64,000 nucleotides of DNA, taken from the NCBI GenBank assembly GCA_021813145.1, contig JAKALS010000002.1, forward strand, positions 149,862 to 213,861, read 5' to 3'. This DNA comes from a bacterium (GTDB lineage Bacteria; Patescibacteriota; Microgenomatia; Levybacterales; UBA12049). Every line of letters begins with the position of its first letter. Position 1 is the stretch's first letter. Positions 1 through 8,786 of this stretch are shown piece by piece. The notes beneath the pieces are model-generated. The model saw nothing but the letters and a program-made list of their open reading frames with translations. It was not told the origin of the DNA and searched no databases. The position numbers and the translations under genes were made by a program.

Positions 1-300
1 TTTTATTTCCGTATCGGAATTTAAAAACAAAACAAACTTTCCCGAAGCTTTTTTTACGGCCCTGTTATTCCCCTTCGAAAATCCCAAATTATCTTTATTC
101 TCCAGCAATCTGAAATTGGGAATTTGTAATTTGGGGTTTGAGATTGCAGCTACGCTTTCGTCGGTTGATGCGTTATCGGCCACAATTATTTCCATCTCTC
201 CTTTTTTCAATTCGTTTTCATAATTAGACGATATGGAGTTTATGCAGGAAAGGGTCAGCTCTTTTGTATTGAAGTTTAAGATTACGATGGAAAGCTTCAT
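1..300 (-). CDS. GT2-family glycosyltransferase, N-terminal part (gene continues beyond window start)
   Basis: Manual translation of the minus strand from ATG at 300..298 gives MKLSIVILNFNTKELTLSCI...IIVADNASTDES...NLGFSKGNNRAVKKASGKFVLFLNSDTEIK with no stop before position 1. This is the classic GT2 N-terminus: DxS..D and the 'NxGF..G.N' and 'D(S/A)D' region. Not in the ORF track because it is truncated. Confidence 0.7.
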   Translation of the reverse strand, partial: MKLSIVILNFNTKELTLSCINSISSNYENELKKGEMEIIVADNASTDESVAAISNPKLQIPNFRLLENKDNLGFSKGNNRAVKKASGKFVLFLNSDTEIK

Positions 301-352
301 ATCATTATAAAGTTAACGAATTCTTTAATTTTTGATTTATGACCCAATAGTC

Positions 353-904
353 TTAGCGAAACCATGCTGCACGTCCCAGTCTGTAGTTGAGGTTTCTGTT
401 TTGCCTTTCTCCGATTTCTCTTGCCGGTACTCCGCCCACCACCTTAAATTCTTCTACATCTTTTGTTACAACTGCTCCGGCTCCTATAACCGCACCCTTA
501 TGTAGGGTAACTCCCGGCAAAATTATTGCCCTCGGGCCTATAAATACATAATCTTCGATTATCACCGGAGCAAAAACCGCCCTAAAGGTTTCACTTGCTA
601 TATCATGTTCCCCGTTATAAATCATTACTTCCGAAGCGATATCAACGTGGCTTCCTATGGATAATTTATCCCTTCCGTCTAAAACTGCTTTTTCTCCGAT
701 AATGGTATCTTCTCCTATTTTTATGTTTCTAGGAAAATAAAAGGTTGCTCCCGTATGGATAGTTGAGCCGCTTCCGATTTTAATCCCCCAAAACCTGTAA
801 ACAAATCTTCTAAGATAATGCGAAGGAATTTTACCCGTCAGCGCCAGCTTAAAGCAGACTAATTCCCAAAAAACAGTTTTTAATCTCCTGATAACTTTAT
901 TCAT
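353..904 (-). CDS. hexapeptide-repeat (LbH) sugar O-acetyltransferase
   Basis: 183 aa with repeated [LIV]G..xx[IV] hexapeptides; C-terminal 'IGPRAIILPGVTLHKGAVIGAGAVVTKDVEEFKVVGGVPAR', typical of WbbJ/maltose-acetyltransferase-like enzymes. Confidence 0.8.
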   Translation of the reverse strand: MNKVIRRLKTVFWELVCFKLALTGKIPSHYLRRFVYRFWGIKIGSGSTIHTGATFYFPRNIKIGEDTIIGEKAVLDGRDKLSIGSHVDIASEVMIYNGEHDIASETFRAVFAPVIIEDYVFIGPRAIILPGVTLHKGAVIGAGAVVTKDVEEFKVVGGVPAREIGERQNRNLNYRLGRAAWFR

Positions 905-922
905 ATTTTTATTAAAAATTGG

Positions 923-2062
923 TTAATGCCTTGCAACGCTTTCCAGGATTTGCAAAGTCCTATCCGCCGCCTTTTCCCAGGAAAATTTCTTTACCTGTTC
1001 GTACCCCTTTTTTATTAGCTTATCTCGCAACTCCTCGTTCTGAATTATAGATTCCAAGCTCTTCGCAATATCGTCAGGATCATTAGGGTCAAAATATACC
1101 GCCGCATCTCCCCCCGCCTCGGGAAGACTTGAGACGTTACTTGTTGCCACCGGACATCCGTATTGCATAGCCTCAAGGACCGGCAGGCCGAATCCTTCAT
1201 ACAAACTTGGAAGACAAAAGCACACCGCATTTTTATATAAAGAAGGAAGGTCTTCGTCTGTTACGTTATCGAGGAATTTTACCCGGTTTTCAACCCCGTA
1301 TTTTTTCGGCGCATTAAGTATTTCTTCATATTGCCAGCCTTTCTTTCCCACAACCACTAATTCCAATTCTTTATTTTTTGCTCCATATTTTAATAATGAA
1401 AAGGCTTGAATAAGCTTTGCAATGTTTTTTCTCGGCTGAAGTGTTCCCACAAAGAGGATATATGGCGATGAAATTCCGAATTTTTTATTAAGTTCATCCA
1501 TGTTCTGATTTTTGAATTCCGGACCTTTGATTCCCGGGTAAACGACTTCTATTTTCCCCGCCGGGACTTTATACATTTTGATTATATCATTCTTGCTTGA
1601 ATTGCTGATAGTAATTATTTTTTTTGCCTTTCTTATGGAAAACCCTCCCCATGTTTTTAATTGGTATAAGTCTTTTTTCCTAAATAACTTTGGGAAGAAC
1701 AAATAAGAAACGTCAAGAATTGCAATAACAGAAGGCGCTTTTGTATACAGGGGAAGGTAATGCGTAGGAGAAAAGAAGACATCCAGATCGTAATTCATAA
1801 GCTTTTTTGACAACCCGAGCATTGTCCAGAGCTTTTTTGAGGAAAAAACTTCGTATTTCCAGTTCTCCCTCTCCTTGGGCATGTCAAAAGAAGGAGGAAC
1901 CGGAAGGAATAGAGAATATTCATTTCTATCGTCTCTTTTTGCCAATTCGCTAAGGATTCTGTAACCGAATTCGCTGCTTCCGACCCTATTGGGAAGTCCG
2001 GTTTCTTTATTAAAACCGAATCTGGGGACCACTGCTTCGTAACCGTTAATACCAATTTTCAT
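923..2062 (-). CDS. glycosyltransferase family 4 (GT-B, group 1)
   Basis: 379 aa; C-terminal 'EGFGLPVLEAMQYGCPVATSNVSSLPEAGGDAAVYFDPND' is the canonical GT4 E-x7-E region. Confidence 0.85.
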   Translation of the reverse strand: MKIGINGYEAVVPRFGFNKETGLPNRVGSSEFGYRILSELAKRDDRNEYSLFLPVPPSFDMPKERENWKYEVFSSKKLWTMLGLSKKLMNYDLDVFFSPTHYLPLYTKAPSVIAILDVSYLFFPKLFRKKDLYQLKTWGGFSIRKAKKIITISNSSKNDIIKMYKVPAGKIEVVYPGIKGPEFKNQNMDELNKKFGISSPYILFVGTLQPRKNIAKLIQAFSLLKYGAKNKELELVVVGKKGWQYEEILNAPKKYGVENRVKFLDNVTDEDLPSLYKNAVCFCLPSLYEGFGLPVLEAMQYGCPVATSNVSSLPEAGGDAAVYFDPNDPDDIAKSLESIIQNEELRDKLIKKGYEQVKKFSWEKAADRTLQILESVARH

Positions 2063-2631
2063 ATTCCTGGGTATACCACCTCCAGCCTGTCTTTTTCTAT
2101 TCCCAAAATTTCATTTGCGTCTTCTAAGGTTGCCTTAGATATACAAAAAATTTTGTCCGTTTCTTTTTTAACCCAATTTAATTTTCTTTTTTGTGAAGCC
2201 ACAATATTTGGCGAAATCAAAAGCTTAAAAGGGTTAAATTCTGTTTTTTTATGGGTTTCCTCAGGATATTTATAAACTATCAAATCATAAAGTATTGTCA
2301 CTTTTTTAGCTTTCTTTGCGGGCGGCTCCGTCCAGTCGGAGGTGATAAATACATCTATGTCTCCTATGAAATTTTCAACGGGTAAGATATGAAGCCTGTT
2401 CCAAAGAAAATCCAAAAATGTAGGGGGCAGACGAAACTCTTTAATTTTTACATTACTGCCGTTTTTAATTTTCAGATTTTGTCTATCAAGTTTATTCCTA
2501 AGAGATGAATAAAATAAGACAAACTCATCTTCATTATTTTTTTCTATTAAAGCCTTCACGAGGTTTAGAAGATAATTTGATACACCGGTATTTGGATAGG
2601 CCAGCTGAGAAATGTCTATTCCAATCTTCAT
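2059..2631 (-). CDS. GT4 N-terminal-domain-only protein (truncated paralog of downstream GT4)
   Basis: 190 aa starting MKIGID like the downstream gene (MKIGIN). It ends at '...RLEVVYPGI*', exactly the linker motif ('KIEVVYPGIKGPEF') where the C-terminal domain begins in the neighbour. 4-bp ATGA overlap with the downstream start. Confidence 0.55.
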   Translation of the reverse strand: MKIGIDISQLAYPNTGVSNYLLNLVKALIEKNNEDEFVLFYSSLRNKLDRQNLKIKNGSNVKIKEFRLPPTFLDFLWNRLHILPVENFIGDIDVFITSDWTEPPAKKAKKVTILYDLIVYKYPEETHKKTEFNPFKLLISPNIVASQKRKLNWVKKETDKIFCISKATLEDANEILGIEKDRLEVVYPGI

Positions 2632-2648
2632 ATCTTACTAAATATTGT

Positions 2649-3587
2649 TTATGAACTTGCATAACGAAGTTCATCTCGGTTTACAACTTCCCCGTTATTC
2701 TTTTCGGAGATATGCAATATCAAATCCGCCAAAAACCCCGTAAAAAACAATTGAAGCCCGGCAATAACCAAAAGTATTCCGAATGTCAAAAGAGGCCTGT
2801 CTCCAATAGTCTTTCCCTGAAAATGTAAAATTGTCAAATATATAAGGACAAAAAAACCTATCAAAGATGTTATTCCGCCTACGGCTCCGAAGAAATGAAG
2901 CGGCCTTTTTGCATAACGGGATAGAAAAAGAATGGTAAACATGTCGGGAACATCCCTGAAGATTTTTGAGAATCCGTACTTTGATTTTCCGTAAAGTCTC
3001 TTCTCGTGGGCTACCGGAATTTCGGTAACTTCAAATCCTCTTTCGGCCGCAAGAAGAGGAATAAATCTGTGCATTCCTCCGTAAAGGTTCAGGCTTTTTG
3101 CAGTTTCCTTTGTATAGAGTTTCAATCCGCAGTTGTAATCGTGAAGATGAACTCCCCAGAAAGAGCTCATCACAAAGTTGAATAATTTTGAAGACAGCCT
3201 TGTTTTTAAAGCGTCCTTTCTGTCTTTTCTCCAGCCCGAAACAAGGTCAAACCCTTCTTTGGATTTATCAAGAAGTTTTTTAATTTCCTCGGGCCTGTCC
3301 TGAAGATCCGCATCAAGGGTTACTACATAATCCCCTTTTGCCATTTTAAAACCGAGTGTTAAGGCTTCCGCCTTACCATGATTTTTCCTGAAGGAATAAA
3401 TCCTAATATGCTTGTCTTTAGCCTCAAGTTTCTTCAGAATATTGAATGAGGAATCTGTTGAGCCGTCGTCCACAAAAACAACTTCGTAGTCCTTATCCAA
3501 CTTAAAAAGGTTAGAGGCTAAAACAGGATAGAATTTTTCAAGGCTTTCCTCCTCGTTATATACGGGAACAACCGCGCTTATTAGCAT
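2649..3587 (-). CDS. GT2 polyprenyl-phosphate glycosyltransferase (GtrB/ArnC/Dpm1-like) with C-terminal TM helices
   Basis: 312 aa; 'ISAVVPVYNEEESL...VVFVDDGSTDSS...KNHGKAEAL...VVTLDADLQD' followed by two hydrophobic C-terminal helices, as in ArnC/GtrB. Confidence 0.85.
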   Translation of the reverse strand: MLISAVVPVYNEEESLEKFYPVLASNLFKLDKDYEVVFVDDGSTDSSFNILKKLEAKDKHIRIYSFRKNHGKAEALTLGFKMAKGDYVVTLDADLQDRPEEIKKLLDKSKEGFDLVSGWRKDRKDALKTRLSSKLFNFVMSSFWGVHLHDYNCGLKLYTKETAKSLNLYGGMHRFIPLLAAERGFEVTEIPVAHEKRLYGKSKYGFSKIFRDVPDMFTILFLSRYAKRPLHFFGAVGGITSLIGFFVLIYLTILHFQGKTIGDRPLLTFGILLVIAGLQLFFTGFLADLILHISEKNNGEVVNRDELRYASS

Positions 3588-4018
3588 AATTTATTTTTAC
3601 AATATAAGTATTAGCTTAGATTTAGCTTAATACTTGAATAATCTAACTAATGCAATTTTACCATTTCCTCTTCCTATAGTCTAATTGCGGAACGAGGCTT
3701 AATAAATTATAAAAACGGTTTTAAAAGGCAAAACCTAACTTAAGAAGCCTACAACCTAAACTTCCCTCTTATTTTTATCCTGCCTGCTAGGACAAATGCC
3801 AAAGCTAATCTTGGACAAAATTCGTGCGTAAATTCCATTTTATATTTCCTCTCTTTTCTATATAAATATATTATATAGAGGAAGGACGAATAAGCGAACA
3901 GAAAATAAGTCTTATGTTATAATTCCAGAAAATATCCTTAAATTAACCTGCCTCCATAAAACAACAAACTGCCGTTAAACTTTCTGCCTTTTAAAATTTC
4001 CAAGTATCAGTAATTAAG

Positions 4019-4876
4019 ATGTATTACAAAAACTTACCGGAGGTGACAAAGAAACAAGAAGAAATAATAAACTTTATCTTTAAGTTCAGGTTCGCGAATA
4101 GAATTCAGGTCCAAAAAGAGCTTAATCATAAAGATGCAAGACGAATTAATGCCTGGCTTAAGGACCTTGTTGACAAGAAATACCTGGGCAGGATTTACTC
4201 CCATAAGCTTTTGGAAAATACCAAACCTGCAATTTATTACCTCGAGAACAACGGAATAATTTATGTAAAAAGAGAAAAGGGGTTCCAATACAAAAGCCCC
4301 AACGATGAGTTAGAAACAAAACAAGTAAAAAAATTCTACGATGACAAAAAAGCTTCAAAAACTTTTATTGAACACTGCATTTGTGTTTGTAATGTCTATC
4401 TTGAAATAAAAAAAATTGAAAAAAATAGAAAGAATATTTCATATGATTTTCTGACAAAAACAGAAATATGGATACAAAAACAAATGGAGGAAAATTTTTG
4501 GGAAAGAAAAGTTTACATTCCCGATCTTTACATTGAAGCTGTTCAGCAAACAAAAATAAAAATTCAAATAGACCCTTTTTTTCTTGAAGTATTTGACCCT
4601 CAAGTCCCAAGATATGCAATAAGATATAAGATTAAAAAATACATACAATTTATCGAAGAAGAAATTTGGAAAAATGATTCTCTCATTGAGGATGATACCC
4701 CCTACTTTCTTCTGGTTATTTCGGATCAGAGGAAGCTCAGAAGTATTAAAAAATTTATCGAGAAAGAACTTGCTTACAGTCCTAGGGAAAATATTTTTTT
4801 TGCGCTTACTACAATTGATAAAGCAATAACTATTTCAACGGTAAAAAACCCTTGGGAAGAAATCAATAATGATTAA
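4019..4876 (+). CDS. replication-relaxation family (Replic_Relax-like) protein; plasmid/ICE-associated
   Basis: 285 aa. The N-terminal 'EEIINFIFKFRFANRIQVQKEL...ARRINAWLKDLVDKKYLGRI....KPAIYYLENNG' matches the winged-helix pattern of the replication-relaxation family as I remember it. One of only three plus-strand genes; sits in an AT-rich block flanked by a 430-bp AT-rich intergenic region. Confidence 0.5.
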   Translation: MYYKNLPEVTKKQEEIINFIFKFRFANRIQVQKELNHKDARRINAWLKDLVDKKYLGRIYSHKLLENTKPAIYYLENNGIIYVKREKGFQYKSPNDELETKQVKKFYDDKKASKTFIEHCICVCNVYLEIKKIEKNRKNISYDFLTKTEIWIQKQMEENFWERKVYIPDLYIEAVQQTKIKIQIDPFFLEVFDPQVPRYAIRYKIKKYIQFIEEEIWKNDSLIEDDTPYFLLVISDQRKLRSIKKFIEKELAYSPRENIFFALTTIDKAITISTVKNPWEEINND

Positions 4877-4908
4877 GGTAATTTAAATAATTTGACAATC
4901 AGTAAATT

Positions 4909-5964
4909 CTAGGAAAGAAGGCTTTTAAATTTTGTGCTTAAGAAAAAATATTTTTTTGAAAGATAACTGCCAAAAATTTTTTGTAAAAATTTATCATAAG
5001 TTAGAAGATTTCCTGGTTTTTTTCTATATTCTATTGCCGCTTGAAAAGTACCTATAACCAAAAAGAAATAAGTCCACATCGAAGAATTCTCTGCAATAAG
5101 ATTTAAATTAAAAATTAACAAGAAGGGAACAAGAATTAAAAAGGCTAATGCCAATAAAAATGAAACAGAACTTTCCAAACGGTAAAAAATAACAAGAAAA
5201 ATCCACAAAATTATTAAAGTTAATTCAACATCCCTGTTAATCTGTTGCATAAAAAATACAAAGGTTAATACTCCTAATAAAAATACTTCCACTAATATAT
5301 AATTTTGCGAAACTAGTAAGCTTTTTCTGAAAAATAACCAAACTAAATATAAAATTAATGGCAAAAGATAAATACTTGAAGAAACAGCAAAATTAATATC
5401 TGAAAAAGAATAAAAGATTTTTTTGATCAAAAATATAGGAATCCTTGTTTTGTTAGCCAATAGTTCGGACTTAGTAAACTGAAATTCTGTTACAAATGTA
5501 GGACTTAAAGAGCTTAATGCTATTGCATTACCAGGCTTTCCCTTTTGAGACTGAATTTCAAAAGTATAGTTTTTATTTTTAGAATTAGTTATTATCGGGA
5601 ACCCAAACGTAAAAAGTTCATTCGGTTGAAACTGATCAACCTTATAGGAATGTACATAATACCAATTTTTAGATGGGTTTTCCTTTATTCTAAATGTAAC
5701 AATATCCTGACTGATATTATCAAAATTAAAAAATCTTACCCCTACAATACCTAAATTATTTTCTTTCGACTTAAAGCTGCCAATAATTTTTTGCCCTTTT
5801 AAAAGTTCATTTGTATTAAAATTTTTTATATTAGATTGACCATAACCGTTTACAAAAACACTCAAGCTATAATTTGAGGCAAAAAATAAAGACATAAAAA
5901 GCCAAAACCCAACTAACAATAGAGGAATTAAAAACAAAGAAGTAGTCTTCTTTAAGCTATTCAT
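4909..5964 (-). CDS. membrane protein, unknown function (N-terminal TM, ~170-aa extracytoplasmic domain, C-terminal multi-TM)
   Basis: 351 aa, hydrophobic segments at N- and C-terminus; no recognisable catalytic motif. Confidence 0.5.
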   Translation of the reverse strand: MNSLKKTTSLFLIPLLLVGFWLFMSLFFASNYSLSVFVNGYGQSNIKNFNTNELLKGQKIIGSFKSKENNLGIVGVRFFNFDNISQDIVTFRIKENPSKNWYYVHSYKVDQFQPNELFTFGFPIITNSKNKNYTFEIQSQKGKPGNAIALSSLSPTFVTEFQFTKSELLANKTRIPIFLIKKIFYSFSDINFAVSSSIYLLPLILYLVWLFFRKSLLVSQNYILVEVFLLGVLTFVFFMQQINRDVELTLIILWIFLVIFYRLESSVSFLLALAFLILVPFLLIFNLNLIAENSSMWTYFFLVIGTFQAAIEYRKKPGNLLTYDKFLQKIFGSYLSKKYFFLSTKFKSLLS

Positions 5965-5982
5965 TTTTATTTATTATATCAG

Positions 5983-8244
5983 TTAATTGTATTTTCTTAA
6001 CCGTGAATTAATTTCTTGTAAAAGAGATGCCGCTATTAATAAAATAAAGAAAACCCCGGCAATTAATATTGCATAAGAATAATATATTTGTTTTTCATAA
6101 ACAATGACAATATAAATATCTTTGTTTTTCTTAAGATTATCTGGAATGTTGTTTGGATTAATTACCCATCCGTTACCAATGAAATTTCCCTCAAAATGAG
6201 TATTTATTGCAACAGGATTTCTGGATAAGAATTTAATATCACTTAAATTTATAATCGGGTCATTATATTGACATCTATTATTGTTAGTAATACTGAATTT
6301 TGCCCATTTGTCTTTACAGCTTGCCTGATTAAATTCACTTTCGTTACTGAAATATAATTTCCAATTAGTGTTAAATGATTGATTCATCTGAATTAGAAAA
6401 GGTTTATTAAAATCCACATCGGCAATTTTTACATAATATTTTGTAGAATTAAGAGGATCCGATTTGTACGAAATATTTGCGCTTTGATAATTCTTATTCA
6501 AGTTAATTTGATTGTTATCTACTACAACCGGTCTATCGTAAATATTTAAAGAGTTGTCAAAAATATCATTTAAATTTAACTTTCTGACAACCGTTTTTGG
6601 TGAATAAATATAAAAGTCATAGTCATTTTTGTTTTTAAAATAATAAAAATTGAAATTTGGATTTGGATTCAAGCTTAACAAGCTATTTTCGCTCAAAGCT
6701 ATATTCTCTTCTTTTATTTGTCGTATGTCCTCATTGTTTGTTAAAGGTCCCGGTCCTTTTGTTTTAACAATATCATTTGCAACAATAATATCTTTAAGGT
6801 TATGCGTTACCCTTAAATTATTTAAACTCGTTTTGTTATTTAGTAAAACCGATAAAAGATAATCTTTACCCGACAACAATCTTGGATTTGCAAAGGAAAT
6901 TGGCGAATAATGTAATCCAAAGTTTATACACATAGTAGGAACATCTGCTTTTTGCATGTATTCTGCTCTCCAACACGTTCCCGGAATATACTGTGTTGCT
7001 TCCGGAATTCCATAAAAAGGTTTAACGAAGTAATCAAGATATGGTTTTGGAATATCCGAAATTTTGTACTTTCTAAATTCAAATTGATTAAAATTAAGGA
7101 ACGGAATAATTGAAATTACAATTATAAAAACGGAAATAATGTAAATAAGTCTTTTACTTTCTCCAAAAACCAAACCTATTATTATGGGCAAAGAAAAGCT
7201 ACTTATAAAAAATGCCCAGTAGGGTCCATTAACAATTAAGGGAAAAAACGTTATTAATTTATTAAAAATAAAATTATTAAATATATTATTCAATCCATAT
7301 AGGGTAATTCCTGTTAAAAATATAAATAAGTTTAAAATTAACAGAGATGAAAATTTTTTATTCCTGACTAAACCAACAAAAATGATAATGAAAGTAATTA
7401 CTCCTAAAATAAAAAAATAATTATTTTCATAAGGAGTTACATTAAACGAATAAAAATAATTAAATGAATTTATAAAATTCACAAACTGTGAATGATTTGC
7501 AAATACTGTTGCGTAATTAAAAGCCGTATTACTTTTTTCAAGCAGTTGAGCGGCTAATGAAAATATAGATGGCAAAAATAGCAGGATATAAGCCAGAACA
7601 AAATAGAAGATTTTTTTAAGTGAAAGATTAATCTCCTTTTTAAGTAAAAAATAAATTCCATAGAATAAAATTATAATAAACCCAATTTCAATATATCTTA
7701 TATAAGACAAAATTAAATAACTCCCAATAATATTTAACAAAAGATAAATAAATCTAGTTTTGTCGTCTTTGGAGAAATATTTATAAAAAGAATAAAGAAA
7801 AAGAGGAATACCGGCAAATAATACAGTATACCCCTCTGCGCTAATAATTAATGGACTAAAAGTAAATAACAAAGATAAGACATATCTTATATTTTTATTT
7901 TCAAGGAGTATTCCTGAAAAAAAATAAAAGCTAAAAAAACTTACAACTAGCCCGATAATCGTAAACAAGGCTTGCGATAAAGATGATCCAAACAATATGA
8001 ATAATATAAATGATAAAAGTACAGAAATTATTCTTGTCGAACCAAATAGCCCAACGTCATATCCTAAATAGTATCCGTTATTCAATAATGGTAGTAGTTG
8101 CAAAGATAAACCACTCCATAATTCTTGATAATTTTTATACCAATAGGAGGTGTCTTGGAAAAACCATGAGCCTGGGCGTAGTAGGAAGAAATTTGAAACA
8201 AATATTATAAATAAAAAAAAACTGACCTTTATCAAATTTTTCAT
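5983..8244 (-). CDS. large polytopic membrane protein, YfhO/GT-C-like architecture (family unassigned)
   Basis: 753 aa; about 12 N-terminal TM helices, an Asn-rich soluble domain (NPNPNFNFYYFKNKNDYDF...) and a C-terminal TM anchor; extremely AT-rich coding sequence. Confidence 0.5.
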   Translation of the reverse strand: MKNLIKVSFFLFIIFVSNFFLLRPGSWFFQDTSYWYKNYQELWSGLSLQLLPLLNNGYYLGYDVGLFGSTRIISVLLSFILFILFGSSLSQALFTIIGLVVSFFSFYFFSGILLENKNIRYVLSLLFTFSPLIISAEGYTVLFAGIPLFLYSFYKYFSKDDKTRFIYLLLNIIGSYLILSYIRYIEIGFIIILFYGIYFLLKKEINLSLKKIFYFVLAYILLFLPSIFSLAAQLLEKSNTAFNYATVFANHSQFVNFINSFNYFYSFNVTPYENNYFFILGVITFIIIFVGLVRNKKFSSLLILNLFIFLTGITLYGLNNIFNNFIFNKLITFFPLIVNGPYWAFFISSFSLPIIIGLVFGESKRLIYIISVFIIVISIIPFLNFNQFEFRKYKISDIPKPYLDYFVKPFYGIPEATQYIPGTCWRAEYMQKADVPTMCINFGLHYSPISFANPRLLSGKDYLLSVLLNNKTSLNNLRVTHNLKDIIVANDIVKTKGPGPLTNNEDIRQIKEENIALSENSLLSLNPNPNFNFYYFKNKNDYDFYIYSPKTVVRKLNLNDIFDNSLNIYDRPVVVDNNQINLNKNYQSANISYKSDPLNSTKYYVKIADVDFNKPFLIQMNQSFNTNWKLYFSNESEFNQASCKDKWAKFSITNNNRCQYNDPIINLSDIKFLSRNPVAINTHFEGNFIGNGWVINPNNIPDNLKKNKDIYIVIVYEKQIYYSYAILIAGVFFILLIAASLLQEINSRLRKYN

Positions 8245-8263
8245 AAATTCTTTTTGAAAGGAA

Positions 8264-8785
8264 TTACACCCTTAAAGCTATTTTCCTTTTAGCCTCAGGA
8301 AACCTATATTTAATAAATTTTGCAGGTACCCCGCCCACAATACTAAATGCTTCAATATCTTTTGTTACAACAGCATTAGCACCAACTATCGCCCCTTTAT
8401 GTATTGTTACATTTGGCAAAACAGTCACATTTGCTCCAATCCAGACGTCATCCTCAATTGCAATTGGTCCGATTTCAATTCCCTGTAATGCAATTGGTTT
8501 TTTATAATCTGAAAATGCATGATTAACTGACATAATGTTACAATTCTGTCCTATTAAAACATATCTACCAATAGTTACTCCCCCTTGTCCATATATATCG
8601 GAGTTATGATTTATATAAGTATGATCTCCTATTACAACTTTTTTAGGATCAAGTATTCTAACTCCATGCATAAGCCTTACATCTTTTCCCATCTTATAAA
8701 CAAATAACCTCCAAAATAGAGCCCTAATAATTGCTCGTTTTAGAATTATAAAATTTGCAATTGATCTAATTTTTTCAACTAACAT
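8264..8785 (-). CDS. hexapeptide-repeat sugar O-acetyltransferase (AT-rich paralog of 353..904)
   Basis: 173 aa; 'TIHKGAIVGANAVVTKDIEAFSIVGGVPAKFIK' aligns with the C-terminus of the 353..904 product. Confidence 0.8.
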   Translation of the reverse strand: MLVEKIRSIANFIILKRAIIRALFWRLFVYKMGKDVRLMHGVRILDPKKVVIGDHTYINHNSDIYGQGGVTIGRYVLIGQNCNIMSVNHAFSDYKKPIALQGIEIGPIAIEDDVWIGANVTVLPNVTIHKGAIVGANAVVTKDIEAFSIVGGVPAKFIKYRFPEAKRKIALRV

Positions 8786-8786
8786 A

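Noticed and set aside
1045-1230. Many short (60-120 aa) ORFs on the strand opposite to long genes, e.g. 1045..1230, 1795..2055, 4034..4648, 22164..22770, 36059..36502, 38876..39230
   Set aside because: Each is fully embedded antisense in a longer, well-supported CDS. They have low-complexity or Cys/Arg-rich composition typical of antisense frames, with no independent signal.
3588-4018. AT-rich near-palindromes (e.g. tctatataaatatattatataga) in the 430-bp gap upstream of the Replic_Relax-like gene; considered an origin or iteron array
   Set aside because: They are imperfect and lie in very AT-rich DNA where such near-palindromes arise by chance. No clear direct-repeat iterons were seen. Retained only as context in the island finding.
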